Source: Thermodesulfobacteriota bacterium (GTDB lineage: Bacteria > Desulfobacterota > Desulfobacteria > Desulfobacterales > C00003060). From it: a stretch of 64,000 nt of DNA. Positions 36,454 to 47,025 of this stretch are shown here, piece by piece. Below the pieces are notes generated by a model that was not told the DNA's origin, made no database searches, and saw only the letters and a program-made list of their open reading frames with translations. Positions within the stretch are counted from its first letter, which is position 1, and every line of letters begins with the position of its first letter. The position numbers were made by a program, and so were the translations under genes. The stretch is from positions 322,646 through 386,645 of the forward strand of contig JAXHVD010000001.1 of NCBI GenBank assembly GCA_034189385.1, given 5' to 3'.

Positions 36454-38721
36454 TTACGATATGGCCCTATCTCCAATGAGGCCCTCAACATCCTTGATCT
36501 GATCCGACACAGTAGTAAGGGACGAGCCCATATAGGCGAATTGTTCCAGCAACTCATCTTTTTCTAGCCGCTGCTTCTGGATCACGCTTTTCATGTCTAC
36601 CAGACTGCCTGAAAAGGCGCGCATTCGGTCTATGAGGGCTTCATACAACCTGTTCGAGATGGTGTCAACGAGCTTGAAAACATACTGATATTTCAAATTT
36701 TCCTTGTAGTCCATGAAATGCTCCCGCACAGATTCCTGCATCTGTTCCTTGATGCGGCGGACACTGTCCTCTAGGGAGCGGATGGCACTCTCTGGTCCTT
36801 CGGAAACGGGTTTTTTTAGAAACTTCTTCACGGTTTTCAAAGTATTGTAGAACCCCAGCCTCAAGATGGCCTCGGTCTTAATGCGAGCCGTGTATCGCAT
36901 AGCAGTGGTGAGCCGAGGAATGCTCAATTGGGTATCGCTCTTGACCAAAGCCACGTCCGGGCTCCGAACGGCCTTGAAGGGACGTTCCTGGATGTTGATC
37001 CCCAGGCTTTTCACGGTGCGCTGTTGCTGGTCCACGGCGTCCTTGATCATCAGACTGTAAGGCCCGGAGACCTGTCCGAAGACATTTTCTATTTTGTTTT
37101 CCTCTTGAAGGACGAAGTTCACGAGCTTGGGATTGATCGATTCTGCTATGAAACGATTGGCACCCTGCTGCAAGGCCTGAAAGACACGATAAAGGGTTGC
37201 CAGGAAGCCCGACGTCCCAAGGTCCGATTCATAGTCCCGGACGGAAAAGCTGGAAGAGCCGATAAACTGGATAATCTCCTGGACGATTTCCCCGTACTGG
37301 GGATCGAAAAAGCGCTCCACGTCTGTGCCGAGCTCCTGTTTCAGCTTTCGCGTCGTGCCGTCTAAGGTGTCCTTGATCACGCCAATGATCTGATCAGAGG
37401 CCTCTTGCCGCCTATCCATCTCAAAGAAGGCCTCCTTAACCTTTCCGGCATCCTTCTTCAACAGGTCCTGGTTTATTTGGACCCAATCTCTGATGCTGGC
37501 GCACACGTTGGCGATCCGTTCCAGGTTGCTTTCCAGAAGCAAGGAAGACCGATCAAGAGATACCTTTTCAATGGCTGCCTTGAGAAACCTCTCTGTCTCC
37601 TGGTCTGAAAAGGAGATCATGTCGGCCTCCTCCTGCCATTGCTCCAGGCGGAGCCGGTCTTTTCTGGAGATGGGCTGCCCGCCGTCCTCATGGGAAACGA
37701 GGCTCCTGAACAGGTTATACAGGGCAGAAAAGGCGAATACACGGGGAGATGGCAGAATCATGCTGATCTCCTCTTCTGCCTTGCCCACAATCCTTTTAAG
37801 GTCTTCCAGGCTTTCGTGCTCGCTCAGGTCGGCGTTTACGACAAAGAGGATGTTTTTGGTAAGCCCCATCTTCTTGATCAAGGTCAGGAACTTGATGTCT
37901 GCCTGCCTCAGGCCTGTGCGGCTGCTCAGCACATAGATGATGAGGTGGGTCTGGATGAGGTAGTCCTGAATGGTGACCAGGTGCAACGGGTTGGGCGAAT
38001 CGCTTCCCTGGCAATCGGCGATCTCAAGGTTTTCTCCAAAGCCTTCAGGGGCCTCAAGGGTCAACTGAACGTCTTTTAAGAAGACAGCCAAGGATTCATC
38101 GCCCACAAATTCCTTTTGCTTGTGAAAGGCATCCGATTCAAAGGTGTGCGTCACCGGTTCAAAGGAGACCAAGTCCTTTACCCGGTCATAGCCCTTCATA
38201 TACTCCGTAAGGAGCACGCTGTTGGGATCGCGGGCATCGTCTGCAATCAGTTGTTCCGTCTTGAGTCTTGAAAGGTCCTGTTGGAGTTGGTGACGGTCTT
38301 GTTCGCGGTTGATGTCAAAGTCTTCTTGGGCAACAGGAGAGGGTGTGGAAGAGAACAGAATGAGGGCCTCGTTGATCTCGGCATTGATCTCGTCCCATGT
38401 CTTGAACTCCAATTCAGCTCTCGACTGTTGGCCAGGTCTTACCTTCGTGATGATAGAGGTAATAACTCCTGCGCCCCTCTTGACATAATCCCCCCCGAAC
38501 AGAGAGTTCGTAAGGGTGCTCTTTCCGGACTTGATGGAACCGACCACAGCTACACGAATGGTTTCTTCCGCCAATTGCCTTTCAATGCGGGCCGTGGTCT
38601 CATGCCATGCGTGGACGGGGTCGGAAGAGAGGCCATCAATAGACAAGGCGCCCTTAATGATGTGGCGAAGGTCCTGATTGATGGCCAACAGCTTGTTCTT
38701 GATATCGTTATAGGCTTCCAC
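36454..38721 (-). CDS. Bacterial dynamin-like GTPase
   Basis: VAVVGSIKSGKSTLTNSL (G1), DCQG (G3-like), long helical C-terminus. Confidence 0.85.
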   Translation of the reverse strand: MEAYNDIKNKLLAINQDLRHIIKGALSIDGLSSDPVHAWHETTARIERQLAEETIRVAVVGSIKSGKSTLTNSLFGGDYVKRGAGVITSIITKVRPGQQSRAELEFKTWDEINAEINEALILFSSTPSPVAQEDFDINREQDRHQLQQDLSRLKTEQLIADDARDPNSVLLTEYMKGYDRVKDLVSFEPVTHTFESDAFHKQKEFVGDESLAVFLKDVQLTLEAPEGFGENLEIADCQGSDSPNPLHLVTIQDYLIQTHLIIYVLSSRTGLRQADIKFLTLIKKMGLTKNILFVVNADLSEHESLEDLKRIVGKAEEEISMILPSPRVFAFSALYNLFRSLVSHEDGGQPISRKDRLRLEQWQEEADMISFSDQETERFLKAAIEKVSLDRSSLLLESNLERIANVCASIRDWVQINQDLLKKDAGKVKEAFFEMDRRQEASDQIIGVIKDTLDGTTRKLKQELGTDVERFFDPQYGEIVQEIIQFIGSSSFSVRDYESDLGTSGFLATLYRVFQALQQGANRFIAESINPKLVNFVLQEENKIENVFGQVSGPYSLMIKDAVDQQQRTVKSLGINIQERPFKAVRSPDVALVKSDTQLSIPRLTTAMRYTARIKTEAILRLGFYNTLKTVKKFLKKPVSEGPESAIRSLEDSVRRIKEQMQESVREHFMDYKENLKYQYVFKLVDTISNRLYEALIDRMRAFSGSLVDMKSVIQKQRLEKDELLEQFAYMGSSLTTVSDQIKDVEGLIGDRAIS

Positions 38722-38752
38722 GGTTTTTCACTGGGCGAGGCTGAACCGTACC

Positions 38753-38788
38753 AAAAAAAAGGGATGATGAAAGGGCCATCATCCCTTT
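38753..38788 (-). terminator. Rho-independent terminator after gap
   Basis: AAAGGGATGATG/CATCATCCCTTT stem followed by a T-run on the minus strand. Confidence 0.75.
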
Positions 38789-38863
38789 AGGTCCCAAGAA
38801 TTCGGTTCCAAGACTCCCTTACGGGAAATCCCTATACAACAGAACCCTGTGTCCTGTCAATCC

Positions 38864-40117
38864 CTATGAGCCAAGCATCGAAGCGATGGTGGCAGTCCGC
38901 TCAGTAAACATGTGCGTGTATCCGGCCATTTCGTTATCATACCAGCCGTACACCACCGCTTTGGTTACAGGAATGTCGATGGTCGTTCGGCCAAGGCATG
39001 ACCCAACCTCGTCTGTGTAGCCCTTGAGTTGTTTCAGGTCGAGAGAAATAGTAGCTGTGCCGGTTTGTGTCTCGTGGCCTTCGATAATAGCCGTAGCCAG
39101 AGGATGGCCCACAATGTCCAAGGATACGTTTTGTTCGTCTGAGTACTGAAGATAGCCTTTTTTGTCTCTCTCGGCAGCTTCCTTATAAATCCCATTGATG
39201 AGGTCGCGGTTTGTGGGCTCTCCGTCGGAAGCGTCTTGAATATCGATCACCAGAATGATGAGGGAGCCGCAAGTAAGGGGTACCCGCACCGATTCGGCCA
39301 TGAAGCCGATTTCTTTCATTTCTGGAATGACCGAGACGAGGGCCTTTGCTGCTCCAGTGGTGGTTAAGATGATATTGTTGAAGACGCTTCGGTTCCGCCG
39401 AAGGTCCACAGCCCCGGCCTTGGGGGATCGATCAATGGCCACCTGGGAACCGGTAATGGCATGGACCGTGGCCATGGAAGCCGTGAGAATCCTCTTCAGG
39501 CCAAAATGGTCCAACAGGGGTTTCATCATGTGGGCCAGACAATTTGTGGTGCAAGAGGCGTTTGATATGATGTTGTGTTTGGCGGGATCATAGTCCCTGT
39601 CGTTGATGCCCATGACCGTGGTCACGGCGTCGTCCGGCATGGAAGCCTTCTTATCAGCTATCTTGAACGGCGCAGACACGATGACCTTGCGTGCACCGGC
39701 TGCCAGATGGCCCCTGGCGCTTCCTGCCGGAGTGTCGGCAGGAGGGGTTGGATCCGTGAACTTTCCTGTTGATTCCACCACCACATCCACGCCGTGGGCC
39801 TTCCACGGGATGTCTTTGGGGTTTCGCACCTCCCGCAAAATGGTAACCGGGACGCCATCAATGGTCATGGAACCGGCCTTTTCGTCCAAGTTTTCAATCA
39901 CCCGTCCTGCCTTGAATCCATAGATGTAGTTGTGCAAGGTCCCATAGGTTGAATCCTTTTCAATAAAGGTGGCTAGATCCTCAAGGCCGGTCCCCACGGC
40001 CCGCCCAATGTTGACGACAATCCCTGGAAAGCTCTTCCGTCCCACATGCTGCCAAATAGAAAGTTTGGCAATACGACCCAGACCGTTGATCCCAAGTGCT
40101 CCCTGCTTCATGCGCAT
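38864..40117 (-). CDS. gap: Glyceraldehyde-3-phosphate dehydrogenase (long variant)
   Basis: GINGLGRI, VVESTG, ASCTTNCL, TTGAAKA, WYDNE. Confidence 0.9.
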   Translation of the reverse strand: MRMKQGALGINGLGRIAKLSIWQHVGRKSFPGIVVNIGRAVGTGLEDLATFIEKDSTYGTLHNYIYGFKAGRVIENLDEKAGSMTIDGVPVTILREVRNPKDIPWKAHGVDVVVESTGKFTDPTPPADTPAGSARGHLAAGARKVIVSAPFKIADKKASMPDDAVTTVMGINDRDYDPAKHNIISNASCTTNCLAHMMKPLLDHFGLKRILTASMATVHAITGSQVAIDRSPKAGAVDLRRNRSVFNNIILTTTGAAKALVSVIPEMKEIGFMAESVRVPLTCGSLIILVIDIQDASDGEPTNRDLINGIYKEAAERDKKGYLQYSDEQNVSLDIVGHPLATAIIEGHETQTGTATISLDLKQLKGYTDEVGSCLGRTTIDIPVTKAVVYGWYDNEMAGYTHMFTERTATIASMLGS

Positions 40118-40692
40118 ACCCCCTTCTACCCTGTTAAATGCCTCCGGTTGAACTCCGCAACACAGGAACTCCTCACCATCTACTCAGAACAAAGCCGCAG
40201 TTAGGCGTGTCTTACAAAGAATGTGCCGGCCTTCTCCCACACCGCACCGGGCACACGACGCTATCTCCATCTGTCCCATCCAGGCTATCCTTTGCCTGCC
40301 GTGCCTGGAGTTCTGGCAGCCGTGGACGTCCGTCAAGGAGGGAAGCCGTACGGGTGATTTGGAAACGAACTGAGGCCGCCAACCTCCGTATGAATATGAG
40401 GACGCCCATTTAAGGGTGCTGAACAGGAGTAGGTCTGAACCGTTTCGAGATCGGGGATGAACCGTGGTGTTGGGGGTCTGACAGATGAAATCCGTCCCCA
40501 CTTCAGGACCAACAGTGGATGCATGGCAAGCACCTCCGGCCCTGCTCCATGAGTGCCTGATGTGCAGGTCCTTTGGCAACAGGGGCATTCGCAGGTTCAC
40601 CTACTTAGAAGGTCGCAGTCCGCCTCTGTTGAGAGGCGGACACTGAAAATAATCTTATATTACAGAAAGTTAAGAGGGTTGAATATGTCCGC

Positions 40693-40721
40693 AATGTATG
40701 GGCCAATCTATTTTTTGTCAA
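40693..40721 (-). promoter_or_regulatory. Putative sigma-70 promoter upstream of gap
   Basis: Minus strand TTGACA-17-TACATT. Confidence 0.55.
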
Positions 40722-40872
40722 GGGAAAAAGGACCGGTCTATTTGGGGTTGATATTTAGCAATGTTGTGAATATGTTAAAATTTTAGAGTGAAGGGGGCAG
40801 TGCTTCCTTACAAGAAATGGTGTTTTTCTACTTTTTACGAAACCATCAAGATATGCAAACTCCATAGAATCT

Positions 40873-41886
40873 ATGATCATTCTGGGGATAGAAACCTCTT
40901 GCGATGAGACGGCAGCCGCCGTAGTCGATGACGGCAAGGACATCTTGTCCAGCGTCGTTTGGTCCCAGGTTGCCACCCACCATCCTTATGGTGGCGTGGT
41001 GCCGGAGCTGGCCTCTAGGAAGCATGTAGAGAAGATTATTCCTGTGGTGCAAGATGCCTTGACTCGTGCCGGGATAGACTCAGATGGGTTAGACGGCGTT
41101 GCTGTTACCTGTGGTCCCGGCCTTGTAGGGGCACTGCTGGTGGGGCTATCCTTTGCAAAGGCCTATGCCTATGCGCAGGGGCTACCACTGACGGGCGTAA
41201 ACCATCTCCACGGACACGTGGCTTCTGTTCTTCTAGAACCTGCCCCACCACCCTTTCCCTTTGTGGCCCTCTTGGCCTCTGGAGGGCATACGAGCCTCTA
41301 CTACGCAAGGGGGCCCATGAATCTTGAGCATATGGGCCAAACCAGGGACGATGCTGCTGGGGAGGCCTTCGACAAGGTGGCGAAATTGCTCGGCTTGGGA
41401 TACCCTGGGGGCCTGGTGATCGATCAGCTGTCCCGGGAGGGGCATGCGGGAAGAATTCACTTTCCAAGGGCGTTGCTCCAAGAACCAGGCTTTGATTTTA
41501 GCTTTAGCGGCGTCAAGACCGCAGTGGCCCGCTACGTCCATAGACAACAAGAGAGATGTTCCATGAGCCTACACGACATCGCAGCAGGATTTCAAGAGGC
41601 CGTGGTGGATGTGTTGGTTCAAAAGGCCATGTTGGCCGTACAAAAAGTGCGATGTCAACATCTGGCCGTTGTGGGAGGGGTGGCCTCAAACAGCAGGCTG
41701 CGTGTGGCAATCAGGGAAAAGGCTAAGCGTGCGGGCGTCTCTGTCCACATCCCCAGGCCAGAGCTCTGCACGGATAATGCGGCCATGATCGCCGCCATGG
41801 GCTACTACCACCTGTCTCAGGGTAAGAAGGCCTTTCTTGAGCTAGACGTGTATTCTAAGAAATGGAGACTTTCAGACAAGATATAG
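40873..41886 (+). CDS. tsaD: tRNA N6-adenosine threonylcarbamoyltransferase
   Basis: GIETSCDET, GGVVPELASR.H, HLHGH, SGGHT, CTDNAAMI. Confidence 0.97.
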   Translation: MIILGIETSCDETAAAVVDDGKDILSSVVWSQVATHHPYGGVVPELASRKHVEKIIPVVQDALTRAGIDSDGLDGVAVTCGPGLVGALLVGLSFAKAYAYAQGLPLTGVNHLHGHVASVLLEPAPPPFPFVALLASGGHTSLYYARGPMNLEHMGQTRDDAAGEAFDKVAKLLGLGYPGGLVIDQLSREGHAGRIHFPRALLQEPGFDFSFSGVKTAVARYVHRQQERCSMSLHDIAAGFQEAVVDVLVQKAMLAVQKVRCQHLAVVGGVASNSRLRVAIREKAKRAGVSVHIPRPELCTDNAAMIAAMGYYHLSQGKKAFLELDVYSKKWRLSDKI

Positions 41887-42140
41887 GCGGCCACAAGGGT
41901 TTATGGCCCAGCGAAGCGCATCTCACCCCCCTGTCTCACTGCCCTTGACCTTGAAGGTCACTGTCTGTCACGAAGAGGGATTTTCATGGTGGTTTCGCCT
42001 ATCCCAGGAAACATTTGGCACATATTGCCACGTTCCTGGTGGCCTTGTCTGAATGATCCGTGTATTTTAACGCGTTACATCGTCAATGAGAATTATGTTG
42101 TAAATGGGTTTTGTGTGTGCTAATTAAAAGGGTTTGCAAA

Positions 42141-42230
42141 TTTCGCACGTCCTTGGACCTTCATTCCGGTGCTTTCAGCGGCCAGCGCGAAAGTGGAGAG
42201 AAGGGGCGATGAGGACGGAGGCGCAACCAA
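42141..42230 (+). promoter_or_regulatory. Probable rpsB leader (S2 autoregulatory RNA)
   Basis: GCACGTCCTT...GAGGACGGAGGCGCAACC pairing directly upstream of rpsB. Confidence 0.5.
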
Positions 42231-42246
42231 AGAAAAGGAGGGGAGT

Positions 42247-43131
42247 ATGTCTTACGTTACTATGAAGGAGTTGTTGGAGGCAGGTGTCCATTTCGGCCAC
42301 CAAACCAGGCGATGGAACCCTAAGATGAAGCCCTATATTTTTGGTGCTCGAAATGGCATTTACATCGTCGATCTTCAGCAGACCGTCAGGATGTTCAAGA
42401 AAGCATACAATTTTATTGTGGAGACTGTTGCCAATGGCGAATCGGTCCTTTTTGTAGGCACCAAGAAGCAGGCGAGGGAGTCCATTTACGAAGAGGCCAA
42501 TCGTTGTGAGATGTTTTATGTCCACAACCGCTGGTTGGGTGGCATGCTGACAAACTTCCAGACCATGAGAAAAGGAATCGATAGACTGAACTATCTTACG
42601 AACATGACCGTGGATGGGAGCATTAGTCGGTTCCCTAAGAAGGAGATGCTGAAACTTGAGAAGGAGCGAGTAAAGCTTGACAATAATCTCGGCGGAATCC
42701 GCAACATGAAGAAGCTGCCCGGTGCTATGTTTGTCGTGGATACCAAGAATGAGAGTATTGCAGTCCGTGAAGGGAGGCGTCTGGGGATTCCAGTGGTTGC
42801 TATCGTCGACACGAATTGCAACCCCGACGAAATTGACTACATCATTCCGGGAAACGATGATGCCATAAGGGCTATCCGGCTCATGAGTTCGAGAATGGCT
42901 GATGCATGCATTGAAGGCCGTCAGCGAATGGAAGAGCGTCTGCGGGCCGAGGCAGACAAAGAGGTTGAAGGCGAAGAGTCAGCCCAAGGTCCTGGAGTCG
43001 GGGAGGTCGTAGAAAGGGCTGCCTTGTCTGACGGCTCAGAGGGGCCGATTGTGGAAGTGATCAGAAAGAAACCAGCTTCACCTGAAGACGGCGGCGTCAT
43101 TGCAACGGGTGAAGTAGAAGAGGGGGCATAA
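42247..43131 (+). CDS. rpsB: 30S ribosomal protein S2
   Basis: [22 protein letters not shown]; start at MSYVT. Confidence 0.98.
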   Translation: MSYVTMKELLEAGVHFGHQTRRWNPKMKPYIFGARNGIYIVDLQQTVRMFKKAYNFIVETVANGESVLFVGTKKQARESIYEEANRCEMFYVHNRWLGGMLTNFQTMRKGIDRLNYLTNMTVDGSISRFPKKEMLKLEKERVKLDNNLGGIRNMKKLPGAMFVVDTKNESIAVREGRRLGIPVVAIVDTNCNPDEIDYIIPGNDDAIRAIRLMSSRMADACIEGRQRMEERLRAEADKEVEGEESAQGPGVGEVVERAALSDGSEGPIVEVIRKKPASPEDGGVIATGEVEEGA

Positions 43132-43730
43132 TGGCAGAGGTGAGTGCGAGCATGATTAAGGAGCTTCGTGTAAGGACGAATGCAGGTATTATGGATTGTA
43201 AAGAGGCCTTGCAGGAAGCGAGCGGCGACATGGAAAAGGCGGTCGATTTTTTGCGTAAGAAGGGACTGGCTACGGCATTGAAGCGCGCTGGCCGGGAAAC
43301 CTCTGAAGGCCAGATAGGCTCATATATCCACATTGGAGGAAAGATTGGCGTGCTTGTGGAGGTGAATTGCGAGACCGATTTTGTGGGAAAGACTGAAGAG
43401 TTTAAAGAGTTTGTCAAGAATGTGGCCATGCATATTGCAGCGACCAAACCCTTGGGAATCGGCAGGGAGGATCTTTCTGAAGAAGTCGTAAAGCGTGAGG
43501 AGGAAATCTATCGAGCACAGGCGAAAGAAATGGGGAAGCCAGAAAAGATTCTCGACAAGATCGTACAGGGCAAAATGGAGAAGTTCTATAAGGAGGCATG
43601 CCTTCTGGAGCAGCAGTATGTCAAGGACACGGACATGAACATCCAGGACCTTATTAACGAGATGGTTTCAAAGACAGGTGAAAACATCGCTGTCAGACGA
43701 TTTGTCCGCTATCAGCTGGGGGGTGAATAG
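43131..43730 (+). CDS. tsf: Elongation factor Ts (short form)
   Basis: IKELR.RT.AGIMDCK.AL, EVNCETDFV. Confidence 0.98.
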   Translation: MAEVSASMIKELRVRTNAGIMDCKEALQEASGDMEKAVDFLRKKGLATALKRAGRETSEGQIGSYIHIGGKIGVLVEVNCETDFVGKTEEFKEFVKNVAMHIAATKPLGIGREDLSEEVVKREEEIYRAQAKEMGKPEKILDKIVQGKMEKFYKEACLLEQQYVKDTDMNIQDLINEMVSKTGENIAVRRFVRYQLGGE

Positions 43731-43736
43731 ATCGGA

Positions 43737-43878
43737 TTGAACCGAATAAGCGAGCGCATTCTCCACAGGAGAGCTACCGCAGCCCCCGCTGCTTGCGGCG
43801 GGGTTAGCGAGTGTATAGTTAAAAAGACATCATCCTTACGGTGAAGATTCTCCGTGGCTTGCCACGGGGAGGGTTCAA
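43737..43878. repeat. MITE-like repeat, copy 2, between tsf and pyrH
   Basis: TTGAACC...GGTTCAA ends; hairpins CCCCGCTGCTTGCGGCGGGG and CCGTGGCTTGCCACGG. Confidence 0.85.
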
Positions 43879-43917
43879 TGTTGAAAAATAGCAATCGACA
43901 ATCGATGATCGACAATC

Positions 43918-44649
43918 ATGACGACACCCAAGTATAAGAGAGTCCTAGTTAAACTAAGCGGAGAGGCCCTCATGGGTGATCGCAGCTTTGGCATTAGCCC
44001 GGATATGCTCAACTATCTCTCCGCTGAGGTGCGGTCAGTATACGATCTCGGGGTACAGGTCGCCTTGGTGGTGGGTGGTGGCAACATTTTTCGAGGTGTA
44101 GCAGCCAGTTCCTATGGCATGGACCGCACCTCGGCCGACCACATTGGGATGTTGGCCACAGTGATCAACAGCATTGGCCTTCAGGACGCCCTTGAAAAGC
44201 AGGGTGTTGAGACGAGGGTTCAGACAGCCATTGACATGGTTGCCTTTGCTGAGCCCTATATCCTTAGAAGGGCTGTTCGGCATTTAGAGAAGGGGCGCGT
44301 GGTGATCTTCGCGGCAGGCACTGGTAATCCGTACTTTACGACGGATACGGCGGCGGCCCTCAGGGCTCAGGAAATCCGTGCCGATGTGCTCATAAAGGGT
44401 ACCAAGGTAGATGGGATCTACAACGCCGATCCAGTGGTTGATGGGCAAGCCAAGAAGATAGACAATCTCAGCTACCTTGAGATCCTCAAAGGGCAACTAA
44501 AGGTGATGGATTTGACGGCTATCTCCTTGGCCATGGATAATCAGCTTCCTGTGATCGTTTACAACTTGAATGTTAAGGGCAACATGAGACGAGTTGTGTG
44601 CGGAGAAAATATTGGCACTTTGGTGAAGGAGGCATCAGAAGGTGGTTGA
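43918..44649 (+). CDS. pyrH: UMP kinase
   Basis: [23 protein letters not shown]. Confidence 0.98.
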   Translation: MTTPKYKRVLVKLSGEALMGDRSFGISPDMLNYLSAEVRSVYDLGVQVALVVGGGNIFRGVAASSYGMDRTSADHIGMLATVINSIGLQDALEKQGVETRVQTAIDMVAFAEPYILRRAVRHLEKGRVVIFAAGTGNPYFTTDTAAALRAQEIRADVLIKGTKVDGIYNADPVVDGQAKKIDNLSYLEILKGQLKVMDLTAISLAMDNQLPVIVYNLNVKGNMRRVVCGENIGTLVKEASEGG

Positions 44650-45199
44650 TTCAGTTTACGATGACGCTCGACAGAGGATGGGGAAATCTATTGATGCCTT
44701 GAAGAATGAGTTTAAGAAGCTTCGAACAGGAAGGGCTTCCCTTGCCCTGTTTGAAGGCATAAGGGTGAATTACTACGGAACCCCCACCCCTTTGAATCAA
44801 ATGGCTTCCTTGTCTATCCCGGAAAGCAGGCTTATCATCATCCAGCCGTGGGATCAAACGGTTATTGGAGAGATAGAAAAGGAGATTCTCAAGTCCGAGC
44901 TGGGGCTTACCCCTATGAACGACGGAAAGGTGATTCGTGTTGCCATTCCGCCACTTACCGAAGAGCGCCGAAAAGAGCTTGTCAAGATTGTGCGCAAAAT
45001 CGAAGAGGACTACAAGGTATCGATCCGTAACATACGGCGAGATGTGAATGACTTCCTAAAAAGCATGAAGAAGGAAGGCGATATCTCTGAGGATGATTTT
45101 TTCAAGGCACAGGACCAAATCCAGAAGATCACCAACGAGCATATCGAGCTAGCGGATCAAGCCTGCCAGGAAAAAGAGAAGGAAATCCTTGAATTCTGA
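44642..45199 (+). CDS. frr: Ribosome recycling factor
   Basis: [20 protein letters not shown]. Confidence 0.98.
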   Translation: MVDSVYDDARQRMGKSIDALKNEFKKLRTGRASLALFEGIRVNYYGTPTPLNQMASLSIPESRLIIIQPWDQTVIGEIEKEILKSELGLTPMNDGKVIRVAIPPLTEERRKELVKIVRKIEEDYKVSIRNIRRDVNDFLKSMKKEGDISEDDFFKAQDQIQKITNEHIELADQACQEKEKEILEF

Positions 45200-45953
45200 T
45201 AGCTCTTCCCTGCAACCTGAATCACTCCCAAGACATATCGCCATCATCATGGACGGCAATGGCCGTTGGGCCAAGAAGCGTTCCTTAAACCGGATCAGGG
45301 GTCACAGGGTGGGAACGGAGTCGGTCCGAGACATTGTGCGAATCTGTCGAGAGATAGGGATAGGGGCCCTTACCCTTTATGCCTTTTCAACAGAAAACTG
45401 GAAGCGTCCCCGGGAAGAAGTCTCTGCCTTGATGAGGCTTCTTAAAGAGTTCCTCAAATCCGAGCTCCCTGAGATGATGGAAAACGGCATCCGTCTGAGG
45501 GCGTTGGGCGAGATCGAGCGGCTGCCTGACGGTGTTTTGAAGGTCCTTCGGGAGTCTATGGAGAAGACTCGGGAAAACCAAGGGATGGTGCTCAACCTCG
45601 CTCTTAGCTATGGGGGCCGCGATGAGATTGTAAGGGCGGCACAAAAGGTGGCGACCCTGGTCCAGGAGGGCCAACTTCGACCTGAGGAGATAACAGGGGA
45701 GCTTTTTTCCAGCCATCTTTACACCTGCGGAGTGCCCGATCCGGACCTTCTGATTCGGACGAGTGGTGAGATGCGTATTAGCAACTTTCTGCTGTGGCAA
45801 ATTGCCTATGCCGAAATCTTCGTCACCCAGACCCTCTGGCCTGACTTTAGAAGGGAGGAACTCATCCAGATCCTCCAAGCATACCAGAAGCGCGAGCGCC
45901 GGTTCGGTTTGACAGGAGAGCAGATCAGGGGAAGCTTCTCTAGGTCCGGATAG
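45189..45953 (+). CDS. uppS: Undecaprenyl diphosphate synthase
   Basis: HIAIIMDGNGRWA, FSTENW, IRTSGE.RISNFLLWQ. Confidence 0.97.
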   Translation: MNSDSSSLQPESLPRHIAIIMDGNGRWAKKRSLNRIRGHRVGTESVRDIVRICREIGIGALTLYAFSTENWKRPREEVSALMRLLKEFLKSELPEMMENGIRLRALGEIERLPDGVLKVLRESMEKTRENQGMVLNLALSYGGRDEIVRAAQKVATLVQEGQLRPEEITGELFSSHLYTCGVPDPDLLIRTSGEMRISNFLLWQIAYAEIFVTQTLWPDFRREELIQILQAYQKRERRFGLTGEQIRGSFSRSG

Positions 45954-46127
45954 AACCTGCAGGAAGACTACCAGGCCGCCTCTGGGAATTTAGGGGCTTG
46001 ATGAAACTGAGTGCGACGGCGGGTAATCCCACCTAAAAGGGCCGGAAGCTCCGCCAGAGGTTTAGCCCATAGGGCATTTTCAGAAGGCCCTTGCCGTGGG
46101 GACAGCCAAGACGGAAGAGAGCAGTCT

Positions 46128-46934
46128 TTGACTACTGCACACGTTAAACGCTGGATCAGTGCTGTGGTGGCGATCCCACTTTTGGCTCTGGTCATCCTAA
46201 TGGGAGGAAAGACCTGCTTTGCCCTTCTCGTCGGCCTCACGGCCATTATCGGCCTCTTAGAATACTATGCATTGGTTCTTCCTGGCGAGGCGAAGGTAGA
46301 AAAAGGGGTTGGGGTGGTGGTTTCCGCTGCAATGGTTTGCGCCTTTTATATGGCAGATGTCATGGCCATTTGCGGTATGCTTTCCTTGGCCCTGTTGATC
46401 TCGGCCGTCATCTGCATCGCACGGTTTCGGCCGGGTGGGTCTGTAGTGGGAACCATCTCAAGACAGGTGATGGGTATCGTCTATGTGCCCTTTTTGCTCG
46501 GCCATGTGATACTAATCCGGGATGGGGATAGAGGAATCGTCTGGACATGCTTTCTCCTTGCTGTTGTCTTTGCCGGCGATACAGGTGCTTATTACGTTGG
46601 CAAGGCCATGGGCCGCCACAAACTCTCCCCCCACGTAAGTCCTGGTAAGACGGTGGAGGGGGCAGCAGGTGGGTTGGCGGCGAATCTGGCCATAGGGGGA
46701 TGGTTCAAACAGTACTGGTTTCCGGAGCTTTCTTGGGGGCTCTGCGTGGCTTTGGTCGTGTGCATGGGCATTCTGGGGCAGGTTGGTGATCTGGTGGAGT
46801 CCGTCCTGAAACGTTCTGTTATTGTGAAGGATTCAGGAAGACTCCTCCCAGGTCACGGAGGGGTGCTGGACCGCATTGACGCCTTGCTTTTTGCCTCACC
46901 ACTGCTCTATTACTTCAAAACCTATCTGCTATGA
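46128..46934 (+). CDS. cdsA: Phosphatidate cytidylyltransferase
   Basis: DTGAY, SPGKTVEG, GDLVES.LKR..KDSG..LPGHGGVLDRID; start placed at TTG 46128. Confidence 0.95.
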   Translation: MTTAHVKRWISAVVAIPLLALVILMGGKTCFALLVGLTAIIGLLEYYALVLPGEAKVEKGVGVVVSAAMVCAFYMADVMAICGMLSLALLISAVICIARFRPGGSVVGTISRQVMGIVYVPFLLGHVILIRDGDRGIVWTCFLLAVVFAGDTGAYYVGKAMGRHKLSPHVSPGKTVEGAAGGLAANLAIGGWFKQYWFPELSWGLCVALVVCMGILGQVGDLVESVLKRSVIVKDSGRLLPGHGGVLDRIDALLFASPLLYYFKTYLL

Positions 46935-47025
46935 AACCAGCACTGCTGATGAACTGAAAAGAACTGCGATTTCTCTGCGCTTTTCAAACGAAATCGTCAT
47001 CATTGACCAATAGCTGACACTTAAG

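Noticed and set aside
46945..46965. CTGATGA as a hammerhead ribozyme core
   Set aside because: No stem II or flanking stems.
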